DNA of 64,000 nt from Pseudobacteriovorax antillogorgiicola (lineage in GTDB: Bacteria; Bdellovibrionota_B; Oligoflexia; Oligoflexales; RGVZ01), in the NCBI GenBank assembly GCA_945865565.1, contig CAMBEK010000005.1, forward strand, positions 54,056-118,055, in the 5' to 3' direction. Below the pieces are notes generated by a model, which made no database searches, was not told the DNA's origin, and was given only the letters and a program-made list of their open reading frames with translations. A program made the translations under genes and the position numbers. This document shows, piece after piece, positions 10,218-19,673 of this stretch (position 1 is the stretch's first letter; each line of letters opens with the position of its first letter).

Positions 10218-11044
10218 AGTACAACCACAAAAAAAGCGATCCGAATCAACACCAGAGAAACAGTGGCCAACCGAGGCAGAAAAAGTCGATGGGCCAGGTT
10301 TTTCTGCATGACGAGTGGCCCGTGCGCCGCGTCGTGGAAATTGCACAAGACTGGCTGGCCGTTGAAGTCATCGAAATCGGCCCGGGTGGGGCAATCCTGA
10401 CCAAGGCCCTGTCCAACGCAGGCATCCAAACCACGGCCATTGAAAAAGACGATCGCTTTGCCGAACGCTTGATTGAATCCGCCCTTCCAGGGGTCGACGT
10501 GGTGAACCAAGACATACTTGAATTTGACCTGGGCGCCTGGATTGATCGTGTTGAAAAATCAGGGAAAAAAGCAGCGGTGCTGGGAAACATTCCCTACAAC
10601 ATCTCGTCTCCAATCGTGATGTGGGTGCTGCCACATCTGCATCGCCTGGCCGGCGCAACTTTTTTAGTGCAACTGGAATTCGCCAAGCGCCTTGCGGCAA
10701 AGCCAAACACAAAGGACTACGGCAGCCTGACGGTTTTTACGCAGATGAGGGCCGACGTACGTATGGACTGCGAAGTCGGACGGGAATTTTTCACCCCCGT
10801 ACCAAAAGTCGACAGTGCCATTGTCGTTATGGAAGCCCGCAAGGAGCCCTTGCCACAAGAGGTCATGAAAAAAATCGAAACCATCGCGCGCCAGGCATTT
10901 CATCAGAGGCGAAAAAAACTACGCAACGCAGTCAAACCATTTCTTGCGGGCCGTAGCGAATCCGACTGCCCCGTCGACTTGAACCGCCGCCCGGAAAACC
11001 TCACCCTCGAGGAATTTGCCCAGCTGGCGGCGTTTTTGACCTAG
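10214..11044 (+). CDS. rsmA: 16S rRNA dimethyladenosine transferase
   Basis: KKSMGQVFL, EIGPGGAILT, GNIPYNISS, PVPKVDS, RRKKLRN. Confidence 0.95.
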   Translation: MKYNHKKSDPNQHQRNSGQPRQKKSMGQVFLHDEWPVRRVVEIAQDWLAVEVIEIGPGGAILTKALSNAGIQTTAIEKDDRFAERLIESALPGVDVVNQDILEFDLGAWIDRVEKSGKKAAVLGNIPYNISSPIVMWVLPHLHRLAGATFLVQLEFAKRLAAKPNTKDYGSLTVFTQMRADVRMDCEVGREFFTPVPKVDSAIVVMEARKEPLPQEVMKKIETIARQAFHQRRKKLRNAVKPFLAGRSESDCPVDLNRRPENLTLEEFAQLAAFLT

Positions 11045-11050
11045 AAAACT

Positions 11051-12799
11051 CTAAGGAATCCAGACGCTGCCCGATCCGGGCGATGTCACACCGAGCGATT
11101 TTTTTGCGCCAGGAAAAATATCCTGAATTAACCGAGTATCGGATTCTTCACCCAACGACTTCAAAATCAATCGCCCGCGCAACGGTAACGACAAATCCAG
11201 AAATGGCTCATTCTGGATCAAATCTGGTCCCCAATAAATTTTCGACGAATCAACGAAACAAATCTGCGTCTGTTCTTCAGGCAGACAAGGCAGCAGGGCA
11301 AGGCGCTCCGCAACAAAGCCGGAAATCTGACCAATGCGAAGGGGCAATAAAAGCGCCAACGACAAAGATGCCGAAACCATCAACCACGTCACTACCCGCG
11401 ATGATGGCCCCTCTCGCACCACACGGGAAAGGCCCAAGATAAGAATAAATCCAAGCGCCGGATGCAGGTATCGATAACCCCAACCATGACCCTGGTTCAG
11501 AGGAAACATAAAATAAAATCCAACCGCCCCAGCCAACACAAGGGTAGAAAGTTGAAGGGCAGAAAGTTGGATGACACGGACTTCATTTTCTGCCGGCGCA
11601 TCCGCTTCTGATTGATCTTGATGGTGCCTATTTTTGGACACAATGGACAGAAGCCCCAAACCTGCAAGACCAATGAGTCCAGGAACTGCCCACAACGCAA
11701 AACGCAGCAGGCTCATACTATCCTGAAGAAACTGCCGAAAGGTCGGCCACTTCAAGTGCTCACCGAGCCAAGCCAACTCTGTCGCCGCCGCACCCAGACC
11801 AGATGCAGCCTCCTGACGATGAACGTGGGACACATCCTGAACCAATCCCGTCCAACCAAACGAAAGGGCAGCAATGAATGGCAAGTAGGGCAAGGCCAAA
11901 CAGGCCGCATCACGAAATCTGCGGACCCGAATCAAAAGAAAAAAAGCCGGCAGTGCGACAAGCAATTGCGGGATTTGATTGCCCGTGTGCAGGGCAATGC
12001 CACCAGCAATACCGGCGGCCACCATCGACCAAGGGGTTCCGCGAATAAAAAAGAACAAAAACAACAGATGAAGAAGCAGTAAAAAATTTGTGGCAAACGA
12101 TCCCATCCCGAAGCCCGCCACGGAAACACAACTAGCCATGAGCAACACAGAAAGCCCAGCGAGCCAAGCCTGTCGCCAGAGCCGCCATGCTGAAAAACCG
12201 GCAAGCAGTACAATTCCTGCGGCGATAAGGGGATTTACTAAAAATCGAAGTCCAGCACGTTCGAAAGGTGCTGCGAAAAAAGCAAATGCCGGTTGATAGC
12301 TGGTAATGATCCGACCGCTGCCATCGTCAGCGACGAGAATCCTGTTGGCAAGTTCGGCTGGTGCCATCCGGGTGGCTAACGCCGGAGGCCAGATGCCAAA
12401 AAAAGTTCCGCGCGAAAACACCTTTGTTTGAATCACGTTGGCATATTCATCGCCAGAAATCGCGGCCATGCGGTAAACATTCAGGCTGCCAATGGTACAC
12501 ACTAGAAATACAGCACCGGCAACCAGCCAACGCCTGGACCATAAGGCCTCGAGCGCGCCCTGCTGTTCATCAATCGCAACCCGACGCGCAAAGTAAAACG
12601 CGACAATGGCGATGATCCCGGCCATCAACGCAGCCACCGGCTCCTGAGAAACGAATTGCAAATCAAAAATATCGAGTAACAACGGGGACGGGACCTGGGA
12701 CTCGCGCCAAAGGGCAATCCCGGCAGACACACCAGAAATTGCGAGCACCGTCCCGGTCAACCACCACAGGGTTTTTGACACTGAATCAGACATCTTCAA
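11051..12799 (-). CDS. Polytopic membrane protein, GT-C/ArnT-like glycosyltransferase candidate
   Basis: Many TM helices; GDEYAN in an early loop; GWGYRY late motif. Confidence 0.55.
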   Translation of the reverse strand: MKMSDSVSKTLWWLTGTVLAISGVSAGIALWRESQVPSPLLLDIFDLQFVSQEPVAALMAGIIAIVAFYFARRVAIDEQQGALEALWSRRWLVAGAVFLVCTIGSLNVYRMAAISGDEYANVIQTKVFSRGTFFGIWPPALATRMAPAELANRILVADDGSGRIITSYQPAFAFFAAPFERAGLRFLVNPLIAAGIVLLAGFSAWRLWRQAWLAGLSVLLMASCVSVAGFGMGSFATNFLLLLHLLFLFFFIRGTPWSMVAAGIAGGIALHTGNQIPQLLVALPAFFLLIRVRRFRDAACLALPYLPFIAALSFGWTGLVQDVSHVHRQEAASGLGAAATELAWLGEHLKWPTFRQFLQDSMSLLRFALWAVPGLIGLAGLGLLSIVSKNRHHQDQSEADAPAENEVRVIQLSALQLSTLVLAGAVGFYFMFPLNQGHGWGYRYLHPALGFILILGLSRVVREGPSSRVVTWLMVSASLSLALLLPLRIGQISGFVAERLALLPCLPEEQTQICFVDSSKIYWGPDLIQNEPFLDLSLPLRGRLILKSLGEESDTRLIQDIFPGAKKSLGVTSPGSGSVWIP

Positions 12800-13139
12800 A
12801 ATCGATATTATTGGCTGGATCGTAAGAGTCTTGAAAATCTAGATCGATCGCTACCTGGCCATCAACGATTCTGGTTCTGCAAGACATTCGAACCGATCCA
12901 TCGACGGGAAGCTTTAGACGCTGCAACATTGCAAGCTCGTCTGGGGCCGCTTCACTCAATTTACCACTTGATGCGTCAACTTTTACACCACAGGTGCCAC
13001 ATCTCAGAGAGGCGCACATAAAGCGGATAGGAACACCACCCTGACGCGCAGCAACCAGGATCTTGGTTCCGGAATCAACTTCAACCCGCGTCCCGGTTGG
13101 CATAAAAATCACCACAGGCTTTTTTGACTGAGGGTTCAT
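12786..13139 (-). CDS. 2Fe-2S ferredoxin
   Basis: CASLRCGTC...RMSC; ATG 13139 overlaps dapD stop (ATGA); track ORF over-extended. Confidence 0.9.
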   Translation of the reverse strand: MNPQSKKPVVIFMPTGTRVEVDSGTKILVAARQGGVPIRFMCASLRCGTCGVKVDASSGKLSEAAPDELAMLQRLKLPVDGSVRMSCRTRIVDGQVAIDLDFQDSYDPANNIDFEDV

Positions 13140-14008
13140 ACAGAAAGAGCAAACTCGCGAAGGGTGTCGTTTAGCGATGTCTTCAGGTCGGTAGAGGGCT
13201 TTCGCTCGCCGATGATGTAGGCGCAGGACGTGTAAATCTTGCCGCCCGGCATTTCTTTTTCCTTGGTGCCCGGCACGACGACACAACGCGCTGGAACATA
13301 GCCTTTTATCTCCGGCATGCCAGGCTTGCGAGTATCGATGATCGGAGTCGAAGCTGTCAGGGTAGTGTTGGCGGCGAGCACTGCCTCGCGTCCGATCCTG
13401 ACCCCTTCGACAACAATGCAGCGGGAGCCTAAAAATGCGCCGTCTTCCACAATCACAGGTGTGGCCGATGGTGGCTCGAGAACGCCACCAATACCCACCC
13501 CGCCGGACAAATGAACATTTGCACCAATCTGGGCGCATGAACCAACGGTTGCCCATGTATCAACCATGGTACCCGCGCCGATCCAAGCCCCGATATTTAC
13601 ATACGAAGGCATCAAGATAACCCCAGGCTCCATAAATGAGCCGTAGCGGGCAACAGCAGGTGGAACCACCCGGACTTTCAGTTCCCGGTAATTGCTCTTG
13701 AGGGGAATCTTGTCGTGATAGACAAACGGACCAACATCAATCTGCGCCATCGGGGAATATTTGAAATAAAGCAGGATAGCCTGTTTGATCCATGCGTGAG
13801 TCGTCCAAGATCCCTTGGGATCACCTGCAGTGCCATCAACATCGTGGCCAGCAACGGGAGACGCCACCCGCAGCTCGCCGCGATCAAGGCGGCCAATCAC
13901 AGATTCCACCGCCGCGCGCAATCTAATGTCGGCGTCTGAGCCTGGATTCGGCGGTGACTTTGCACCAGCCTCAATGGCGTCGCGCAGTTGATTCAACGGT
14001 TCATTCAT
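13136..14008 (-). CDS. dapD: Tetrahydrodipicolinate N-succinyltransferase
   Basis: WIKQAILLYF, DKIPLK, RVVPPA, MPSYVNIGA, VDTWATVGSCAQIG, GGVLEP; ATG 14008 overlaps upstream stop. Confidence 0.95.
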   Translation of the reverse strand: MNEPLNQLRDAIEAGAKSPPNPGSDADIRLRAAVESVIGRLDRGELRVASPVAGHDVDGTAGDPKGSWTTHAWIKQAILLYFKYSPMAQIDVGPFVYHDKIPLKSNYRELKVRVVPPAVARYGSFMEPGVILMPSYVNIGAWIGAGTMVDTWATVGSCAQIGANVHLSGGVGIGGVLEPPSATPVIVEDGAFLGSRCIVVEGVRIGREAVLAANTTLTASTPIIDTRKPGMPEIKGYVPARCVVVPGTKEKEMPGGKIYTSCAYIIGERKPSTDLKTSLNDTLREFALSV

Positions 14009-15231
14009 TTCAGATACTCCCGCAGAAGGTTCATTGCCTGCTGCATCGCCGCTTCTTCCGGGACCAGAGCAAAGCGAACGTGTCCGCGAATGCCCTCGCT
14101 GAGCCACTGGGATGGCGATGCAATCACGCCGATCCGAGCCAGGTTCAACACAAAGGCAACATCGTCATCGCCGAATTTTTCTGGAATCTTCGCCCACAAG
14201 TAAAATGTGGTTGATGGAATTTTGTCGATCATCCCGAGATTTTGCAGAAGCAGCCCGAAGGTCGCCAGACGTTTGGTAAAGATCCGGCGTCGTTCAATGA
14301 CGTGCGCATCATCACCCCACGCCACGGCAGCAGCATGCTGGATAAAGTCGGGTGAGCCGACTCCAAAATTTGCGCGCGCATTCAAAAACGGTTTTACAAT
14401 GCGAGGATCCCCAGCCACGAGCCCTGCACGATATCCCGTCAATCCAGAGCGCTTCGACAAACTCATGAAAGACAAGACTCGATCGGTAGAAAGCTGGAGC
14501 GGATTGACTGGACGAGGATCCACGTCGACCGAAGGCAACGCGCCGGTGGGCACGAGGGCATCAATAGCGGAATCAAAAATATCGACATAGCAGTCATCAG
14601 AAAGCAGGATCGTATCGGTTTTGTGGCACCAGTCGATGACACGCCGCCAATATTCCAAAGGCGCCGTTGCACCAGTCGGGTTATGGGGATGGTTGATCCA
14701 AATTGCAGCCGCATTTTTTTGCACTTCTGCAGGCAGATTCCACGGCTCCAAAAGGTAACCGTTCTGTCCAGTGACGCGGACTGGATACGGAATTCCGCCC
14801 GCATACAATGTGGAACTGCGGTAAACGGGATAACCCGGATCGGGGTAGATGATGTGTTTTTTCCCGCCAGCACGACCCACCAGGCAGAGAGCAATGTTGA
14901 AGATGGCCTCTTTGCTGCCCTGGCTTGGAATCACAGCGAGGTCATTGCCCACCTGCAAGCCAAAGCGACGCTTCAAGTAACCGGCCTGTTCCGCTGCCAA
15001 GCGCTCAACACCTTTGACGCTCGGGTATTGGCTGATTTCAGGGAGGGCCTTGATCAAGGCTTCACGAACTGGCGGCCATGTCGCAATCCGTGGATCACCT
15101 GTCCCGAAATCGAACACGGCCTTGCCCTCTTTGACGAGGCCAGCCTTGATCCGGCTCAACTCTTCCATCGGATAGGGTTTGAGCCCTGCCGTCACTTCAT
15201 TGACAAAGGAATTAACGGATAAAAGTGTCAT
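14005..15231 (-). CDS. dapC: PLP class I/II aminotransferase, likely succinyldiaminopimelate transaminase
   Basis: FGTGDP, GSKEAIF, PHNPTG, SDDCY, SLSKRSGLTGYR; coupled to dapD. Confidence 0.8.
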   Translation of the reverse strand: MTLLSVNSFVNEVTAGLKPYPMEELSRIKAGLVKEGKAVFDFGTGDPRIATWPPVREALIKALPEISQYPSVKGVERLAAEQAGYLKRRFGLQVGNDLAVIPSQGSKEAIFNIALCLVGRAGGKKHIIYPDPGYPVYRSSTLYAGGIPYPVRVTGQNGYLLEPWNLPAEVQKNAAAIWINHPHNPTGATAPLEYWRRVIDWCHKTDTILLSDDCYVDIFDSAIDALVPTGALPSVDVDPRPVNPLQLSTDRVLSFMSLSKRSGLTGYRAGLVAGDPRIVKPFLNARANFGVGSPDFIQHAAAVAWGDDAHVIERRRIFTKRLATFGLLLQNLGMIDKIPSTTFYLWAKIPEKFGDDDVAFVLNLARIGVIASPSQWLSEGIRGHVRFALVPEEAAMQQAMNLLREYLK

Positions 15232-15234
15232 GAA

Positions 15235-16113
15235 TCAGCCCCAATCAGAGGAGCCAAGATCGCTTCTCAGCTGCCATAATTCTGGAAAGAATCGTTTTGA
15301 AAGTGTTTTGGTCAAATACTCAACGCCACTGGATCCTCCAGTTCCGCGTTTAAAGCCAATCATGCGCTCGACCATGGCGACGTGACGATAACGCCACAGC
15401 ATGAATGACTCATCAAGATCCATCAATGCTTCAAGGGCGTGATACAGATCGAGGTGCGAATCCGGATCGCGGTAAACTGCAAGAAACAAATTCTTTACGC
15501 CCTCATCCGGCTCCCAAGGCTTTGCCGGATCGCGCTCAAGGACGTGCTTTGGCACTGAAAATCCTTTGCGCGAAAGAAAATGCAGAAACACCTCATAAAG
15601 CGACGGACGCTCCATGGCATCCTTCAACTGCTGCATGTGTGCTGGCGTTGAACGAAAAAACTTGAGATAGCCTGCGTCTTTTAGACCAATCCGGAATTCA
15701 ACGATGCGAAATTGGTGCGACTGAAATCCACTAGCCGGATTGATGCGATTGCGGAACCGGTTGAATTCGGTTGGAGTCATCGTTTCCAGAACGGCAACCT
15801 GGTCCACCAGAATCTTCTGGATCGCATGAACGCGTTTTAATGTCCTGAGAAGCTCGGTCAGTGAGTCAGCTTTCAAAGCGCGTTCGGCTTTATCCAACTC
15901 ATGCAAGACCTGCTTGAACCACAGTTCGTAAACCTGATGGATGATGATGAACAGGGTTTCGTCGTGTTCCGGCGGATCAGACTGAGTCACCTGCAGTGCC
16001 AGCAGGTCATCCACATGGAGGTAACGGTCGTACGTCAGGGACGTCCCCGTTGGTTCAATTAGTGTACCGGGAAGATTTCCAGATTTGTTTTGCTTGTCAC
16101 GACTGTCGTCCAC
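15235..16113 (-). CDS. kynA: Tryptophan 2,3-dioxygenase
   Basis: HDETLFIIIHQVYELWFK, ASGFQSHQFR, WRYRH, GTGGSSG. Confidence 0.95.
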   Translation of the reverse strand: MDDSRDKQNKSGNLPGTLIEPTGTSLTYDRYLHVDDLLALQVTQSDPPEHDETLFIIIHQVYELWFKQVLHELDKAERALKADSLTELLRTLKRVHAIQKILVDQVAVLETMTPTEFNRFRNRINPASGFQSHQFRIVEFRIGLKDAGYLKFFRSTPAHMQQLKDAMERPSLYEVFLHFLSRKGFSVPKHVLERDPAKPWEPDEGVKNLFLAVYRDPDSHLDLYHALEALMDLDESFMLWRYRHVAMVERMIGFKRGTGGSSGVEYLTKTLSKRFFPELWQLRSDLGSSDWG

Positions 16114-16125
16114 ACACCACCCCCG

Positions 16126-17388
16126 TTACGAGGTCATTACCGCCAACCACTCAAGATTGTCAGTATGCGCGAACATGTCGAAGGCTTCAACTTGTCTCAA
16201 GCGGAAACCTGCCTTGCGCAGAACGGCAAGGTCACGGGCGAGGGTCTCGACCTCGCAGGAAACGTAAATAAACCGGGTTTCCGGATTCTGACGAAGGACG
16301 TGGGCAAGGTGGGTCCGGGCCGTTTCATGCAGGCCACGACGGGACGGATTGACCACAATAACTTCAGGCTTCTGGGCCCATGCTGGAAGGGCGGTTTCCG
16401 AATCCTCGACCCGCGCCGCCAGAAATTCAGCCTTGGTCTCAAGCTCGTTGCGTTTGGCATTGAGGGCCGCATCGGCCACTGCCGCGGCGTTCTCCTCGAT
16501 TCCAAAAACGCGATAACCTTGGCGGGCCATAATCAGGGACATTTGCCCAATACCACAATAAAAGTCCCAGGCAACACCGCCGGGAGCAGCACGTCCCGCA
16601 AGCTGTTCAACCCGACGATACATGACAGATGCTTGCCAGGGATTGACTTGAAAAAAAGCGGTCGGCCCGATCTCAAAATTAAGATCACAAATCCGCTCGC
16701 GCAAACGATCGTTACCAGTCAAACGAACCGTTTCCGCGCCAAAAATTGCGTTGCCGGTTTCGCTGTTGATATTCATCTGGGTTGAAGCCAACTTGTGGTC
16801 TTCGCGTTTCAATCGCGAAATGATCCGCTGCAAATGAACTTTGGCAGCCGGATCACGCACGACAAACGTCAGCATGAGTTCGTTGGTCACATGGGATGAT
16901 CTTGCGACCAGGTAACGAAGGTCGCCGGATCCAGTCGACTCATCCCATGGTTGGAGTGGCGATTCATTGAGGGCGGGGCGCATATCGCGAAGCAGGGCCC
17001 GCAAAGCTGGCGCGTGGATCGGGCAGTGCTCCACTTCATCCATGACGGAGTGGGTTCCCGGTTCAAACAGACCGATCGCGAACCGGTCCTTTGCAGAAAT
17101 CTCCCCGCGGTACAATTTCGGGCGGACTGCAAGTTTTATGAGGGTCCGGTAACCAAGGCGACGGGGCGCTTCATTTACGCCCAAAACTTGAGCCGTATCC
17201 AGCAACTTGGCTGCCTCAAGAAACTTCAGTCCCTTGTGAAACTTTGCCTGCAAGGAAGGCTCGTAGGACGTGTTGACAAGAACGCAGGAACCGCAACCGC
17301 CGCCCCTTACACGGCATGCACCGTCCGTCTCAGGCAACGGGCGGGGACGCTTTTTTTCTTGTGTTTTGATCGGGGGCATAAAGGTCAC
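16126..17388 (-). CDS. rlmD: 23S rRNA (uracil-C5) methyltransferase RlmD family
   Basis: C..CGSC Fe-S motif, FFQVN, DFYCGIG, NPSRRG, YVSC, DMFAHT. Confidence 0.9.
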   Translation of the reverse strand: MTFMPPIKTQEKKRPRPLPETDGACRVRGGGCGSCVLVNTSYEPSLQAKFHKGLKFLEAAKLLDTAQVLGVNEAPRRLGYRTLIKLAVRPKLYRGEISAKDRFAIGLFEPGTHSVMDEVEHCPIHAPALRALLRDMRPALNESPLQPWDESTGSGDLRYLVARSSHVTNELMLTFVVRDPAAKVHLQRIISRLKREDHKLASTQMNINSETGNAIFGAETVRLTGNDRLRERICDLNFEIGPTAFFQVNPWQASVMYRRVEQLAGRAAPGGVAWDFYCGIGQMSLIMARQGYRVFGIEENAAAVADAALNAKRNELETKAEFLAARVEDSETALPAWAQKPEVIVVNPSRRGLHETARTHLAHVLRQNPETRFIYVSCEVETLARDLAVLRKAGFRLRQVEAFDMFAHTDNLEWLAVMTS

Positions 17389-17433
17389 TTGGCCAAAAAA
17401 GGCACAGCAAATGTGGGCTCATTAAGCATGGGC

Positions 17434-18660
17434 TCAATACATCCAATCGTCTAACGACTTAGGAGGTCGGCTTGTAGCACTCTTGAGGGGTTTACGGAAG
17501 ACTTTTGCCCCCAGGGTTCCCCCGCCGGCCGCGACATGCTTTTCCCACGCCCTCCATTCTGATCGCAACGTACCGACAAGATAAGGTGAATTCGGGCTTT
17601 TGGACCCCTTCGAATAGACAAAATCATTGAACATAAATGTCGTAGCATGCTTGATCCAGCGGTAAGAAATATCCTGATCAGACGGGGTCTTGCCTGAGGC
17701 TGGCAGCTGGAAAAAGACTATCATGTCGCCAAACTTAAGGGGCGATCTGGCCGGATCAATTTCGTAGAACGAGCTTTGCAAAACCCGCCACAATTCATCG
17801 TTATTGATCATGACATCATGATGATCTTGCTCGGTGCGGATGTTCACAAGCTGGCTGCGAACCATTTTTGGATACTGGAAGGCCAACGCCGTCATGAAGC
17901 AGTTTGGGCCACGATAAAGTTCAAAGGTTTTAACCGCACGCCGGGCCCCCACAGGCAACAGATCCTCGTCAAGCTCGAGGGGTACCGCCTGTCGCATCTT
18001 TTCCGCGACCTTACGCAGCTCCATGGCACCCGAAAACGGCGCCAATTGAATCAGCAACTCTGTCCTCAACTCCGGTCTGTCAAGTAGATCAGATGAATCA
18101 ATGCTGACATGCAGATGCGTTCGCTGCAATTTTGATGTCACCGCATCTGGCGCCATCAGACGAAGCAATTCCGGACGCACCCGAACCCTTACTTGCTTGA
18201 CGCGATCGTCACCGGCAACCGGATTTACAGCGTTGTTTTGATTTCCGGTGACCACTGACTGGAGCGCCGGGACCGCAGCCGGCACCGCGGCGGAGTCGAC
18301 CGTTCCCTCGGGTTTGGTGATTTCCTGATCCAACCTGGCCATCAATTGGCGGTAGTTTTTTGGACGCGCAAGTTTCAAAGCAAATGCGGCCCGTTCATCG
18401 TCATCTTTTGGAACCGAAAGGTAGAGTGGTTCAACCCGGGGATCCAACTCTGCTGCCTGAACACGACGTTGAATATGTGAAAAATTCGGGGCAATCAACT
18501 CGTCGCGGACTTTCACCGGTAATTCAATCGCTGGTTTGAGTGCAGCAAGGCGCACGGTAAACGGACGCGCAAAGGCAGGAACACTACAGATCCACATGCT
18601 AACGGGAAGAGCAACGGCCCACCGAACCACGCCGGTGGCGCGAAAAAAACCTCGCATCAT
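17434..18660 (-). CDS. Exported hypothetical protein with papain/NlpC-P60-like C-terminal motifs
   Basis: Signal peptide ending AFA; GPNCF, GDMIVFF, IKHA, VYSKG. Start 18660 chosen downstream of the sigma28-like site. Confidence 0.6.
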   Translation of the reverse strand: MMRGFFRATGVVRWAVALPVSMWICSVPAFARPFTVRLAALKPAIELPVKVRDELIAPNFSHIQRRVQAAELDPRVEPLYLSVPKDDDERAAFALKLARPKNYRQLMARLDQEITKPEGTVDSAAVPAAVPALQSVVTGNQNNAVNPVAGDDRVKQVRVRVRPELLRLMAPDAVTSKLQRTHLHVSIDSSDLLDRPELRTELLIQLAPFSGAMELRKVAEKMRQAVPLELDEDLLPVGARRAVKTFELYRGPNCFMTALAFQYPKMVRSQLVNIRTEQDHHDVMINNDELWRVLQSSFYEIDPARSPLKFGDMIVFFQLPASGKTPSDQDISYRWIKHATTFMFNDFVYSKGSKSPNSPYLVGTLRSEWRAWEKHVAAGGGTLGAKVFRKPLKSATSRPPKSLDDWMY

Positions 18661-18745
18661 TGGATTGGCATAATTTTGTCGCATTACCCAAAAAACCAAA
18701 GGGTTGAAGCACCGAGGACGGTCGTTGTTCGACGTCCCAAGGTAT

Positions 18746-18772
18746 GGATCGGCAGGCAGAGGATTCTCTTGA
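18746..18772 (-). promoter_or_regulatory. Putative sigma28 promoter
   Basis: Minus strand TCAA-N15-GCCGATCC. Confidence 0.6.
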
Positions 18773-18923
18773 CGGGCGAAAGCTGGGATAATGGTGAATG
18801 ACGGGATTTTTGTGGCGAATTTATGTGAAATTCGACCAGACCCGGCCAGACAAGACACTGGAATCAGCCACCTTGGGCGGATGTCTTGCTGGATGCACCA
18901 AACCGTGAACGGAGGTCGCCTGC

Positions 18924-19673
18924 ATGAGTACGGTGCTAATTGTTGACCCAAGCAAGCCAAGCCTGGTGATGAGTTCAGAAGTATTCAAGGACAAGATTCC
19001 AGGAATCACAGTCCTTGTTGCGAGCACCGGCCAACAGGCCCTGGATATTCTGGAGCAAAGGTCATCCGCAGGATCCGCAGCCCCGGACTTGTGCGTGGTC
19101 GACTTCGACCTGCCAGACACCGACGGCATCACGTTAATTCATATGCTCCGCAAAAACTTCCGCGGGCCAATTATGTTGACCGCCTATCCTGATAATGTCG
19201 TAAAAAATGCCGTCGCAGAAGAGCTGTTTGCCTATGACGATGCCGGCATGTGGATTCGCAAACCAATTCGCGCAGAAGATCTGAATGAGAAAATAGATCG
19301 TTTTCTTGTCGGCAAATTCCGTGTCCAGCGGCGCTTCGATTTCACTCCAAAGACGCGCCTTCTCGGAAAGAGTGCTGGACGCGGAAAGAGAACTCCCAAG
19401 TTTCCAGGCCAAATTGTGAATATCAGTGTCGGAGGCGCCTGCGTCCAACTGTCAGGAGCTGTAAAGCTCAAAATCGGTGATGAGGTGTCGATCGAATTGC
19501 CAATACCAAAGGTCGAAAAAAAGGGCGCTGAGACGGCGCAGATCAAAAGCCAGGTGGTATGGCGGACCAATGACGGCAAACGGATTGGCATCACCTTCGA
19601 TAAGTTGAGCGATCCGGGGCGGAAGGGACTTGAACGACTTCTAAAACAAATCAACAACAGCATCGATGCGTGA
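18924..19673 (+). CDS. Response regulator receiver plus PilZ domain
   Basis: Receiver VVDFDLPD, LTA, RKP; PilZ RVQRRF and NISVGG. Confidence 0.85.
   Translation: MSTVLIVDPSKPSLVMSSEVFKDKIPGITVLVASTGQQALDILEQRSSAGSAAPDLCVVDFDLPDTDGITLIHMLRKNFRGPIMLTAYPDNVVKNAVAEELFAYDDAGMWIRKPIRAEDLNEKIDRFLVGKFRVQRRFDFTPKTRLLGKSAGRGKRTPKFPGQIVNISVGGACVQLSGAVKLKIGDEVSIELPIPKVEKKGAETAQIKSQVVWRTNDGKRIGITFDKLSDPGRKGLERLLKQINNSIDA

Noticed and set aside
13140..13556. N-terminal extension of the 256-aa ferredoxin ORF
   Set aside because: Out-of-frame overlap with dapD; ATG 13139 is translationally coupled.
16090..16785. 231-aa plus-strand ORF and similar long antisense ORFs (e.g. 50487-51188, 61589-62341)
   Set aside because: Lie opposite confidently identified genes; expected from codon bias.
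18872..18890. GG-N10-GC sigma54-like site before REC-PilZ
   Set aside because: Lacks the TGGCAC core; chance match is likely.
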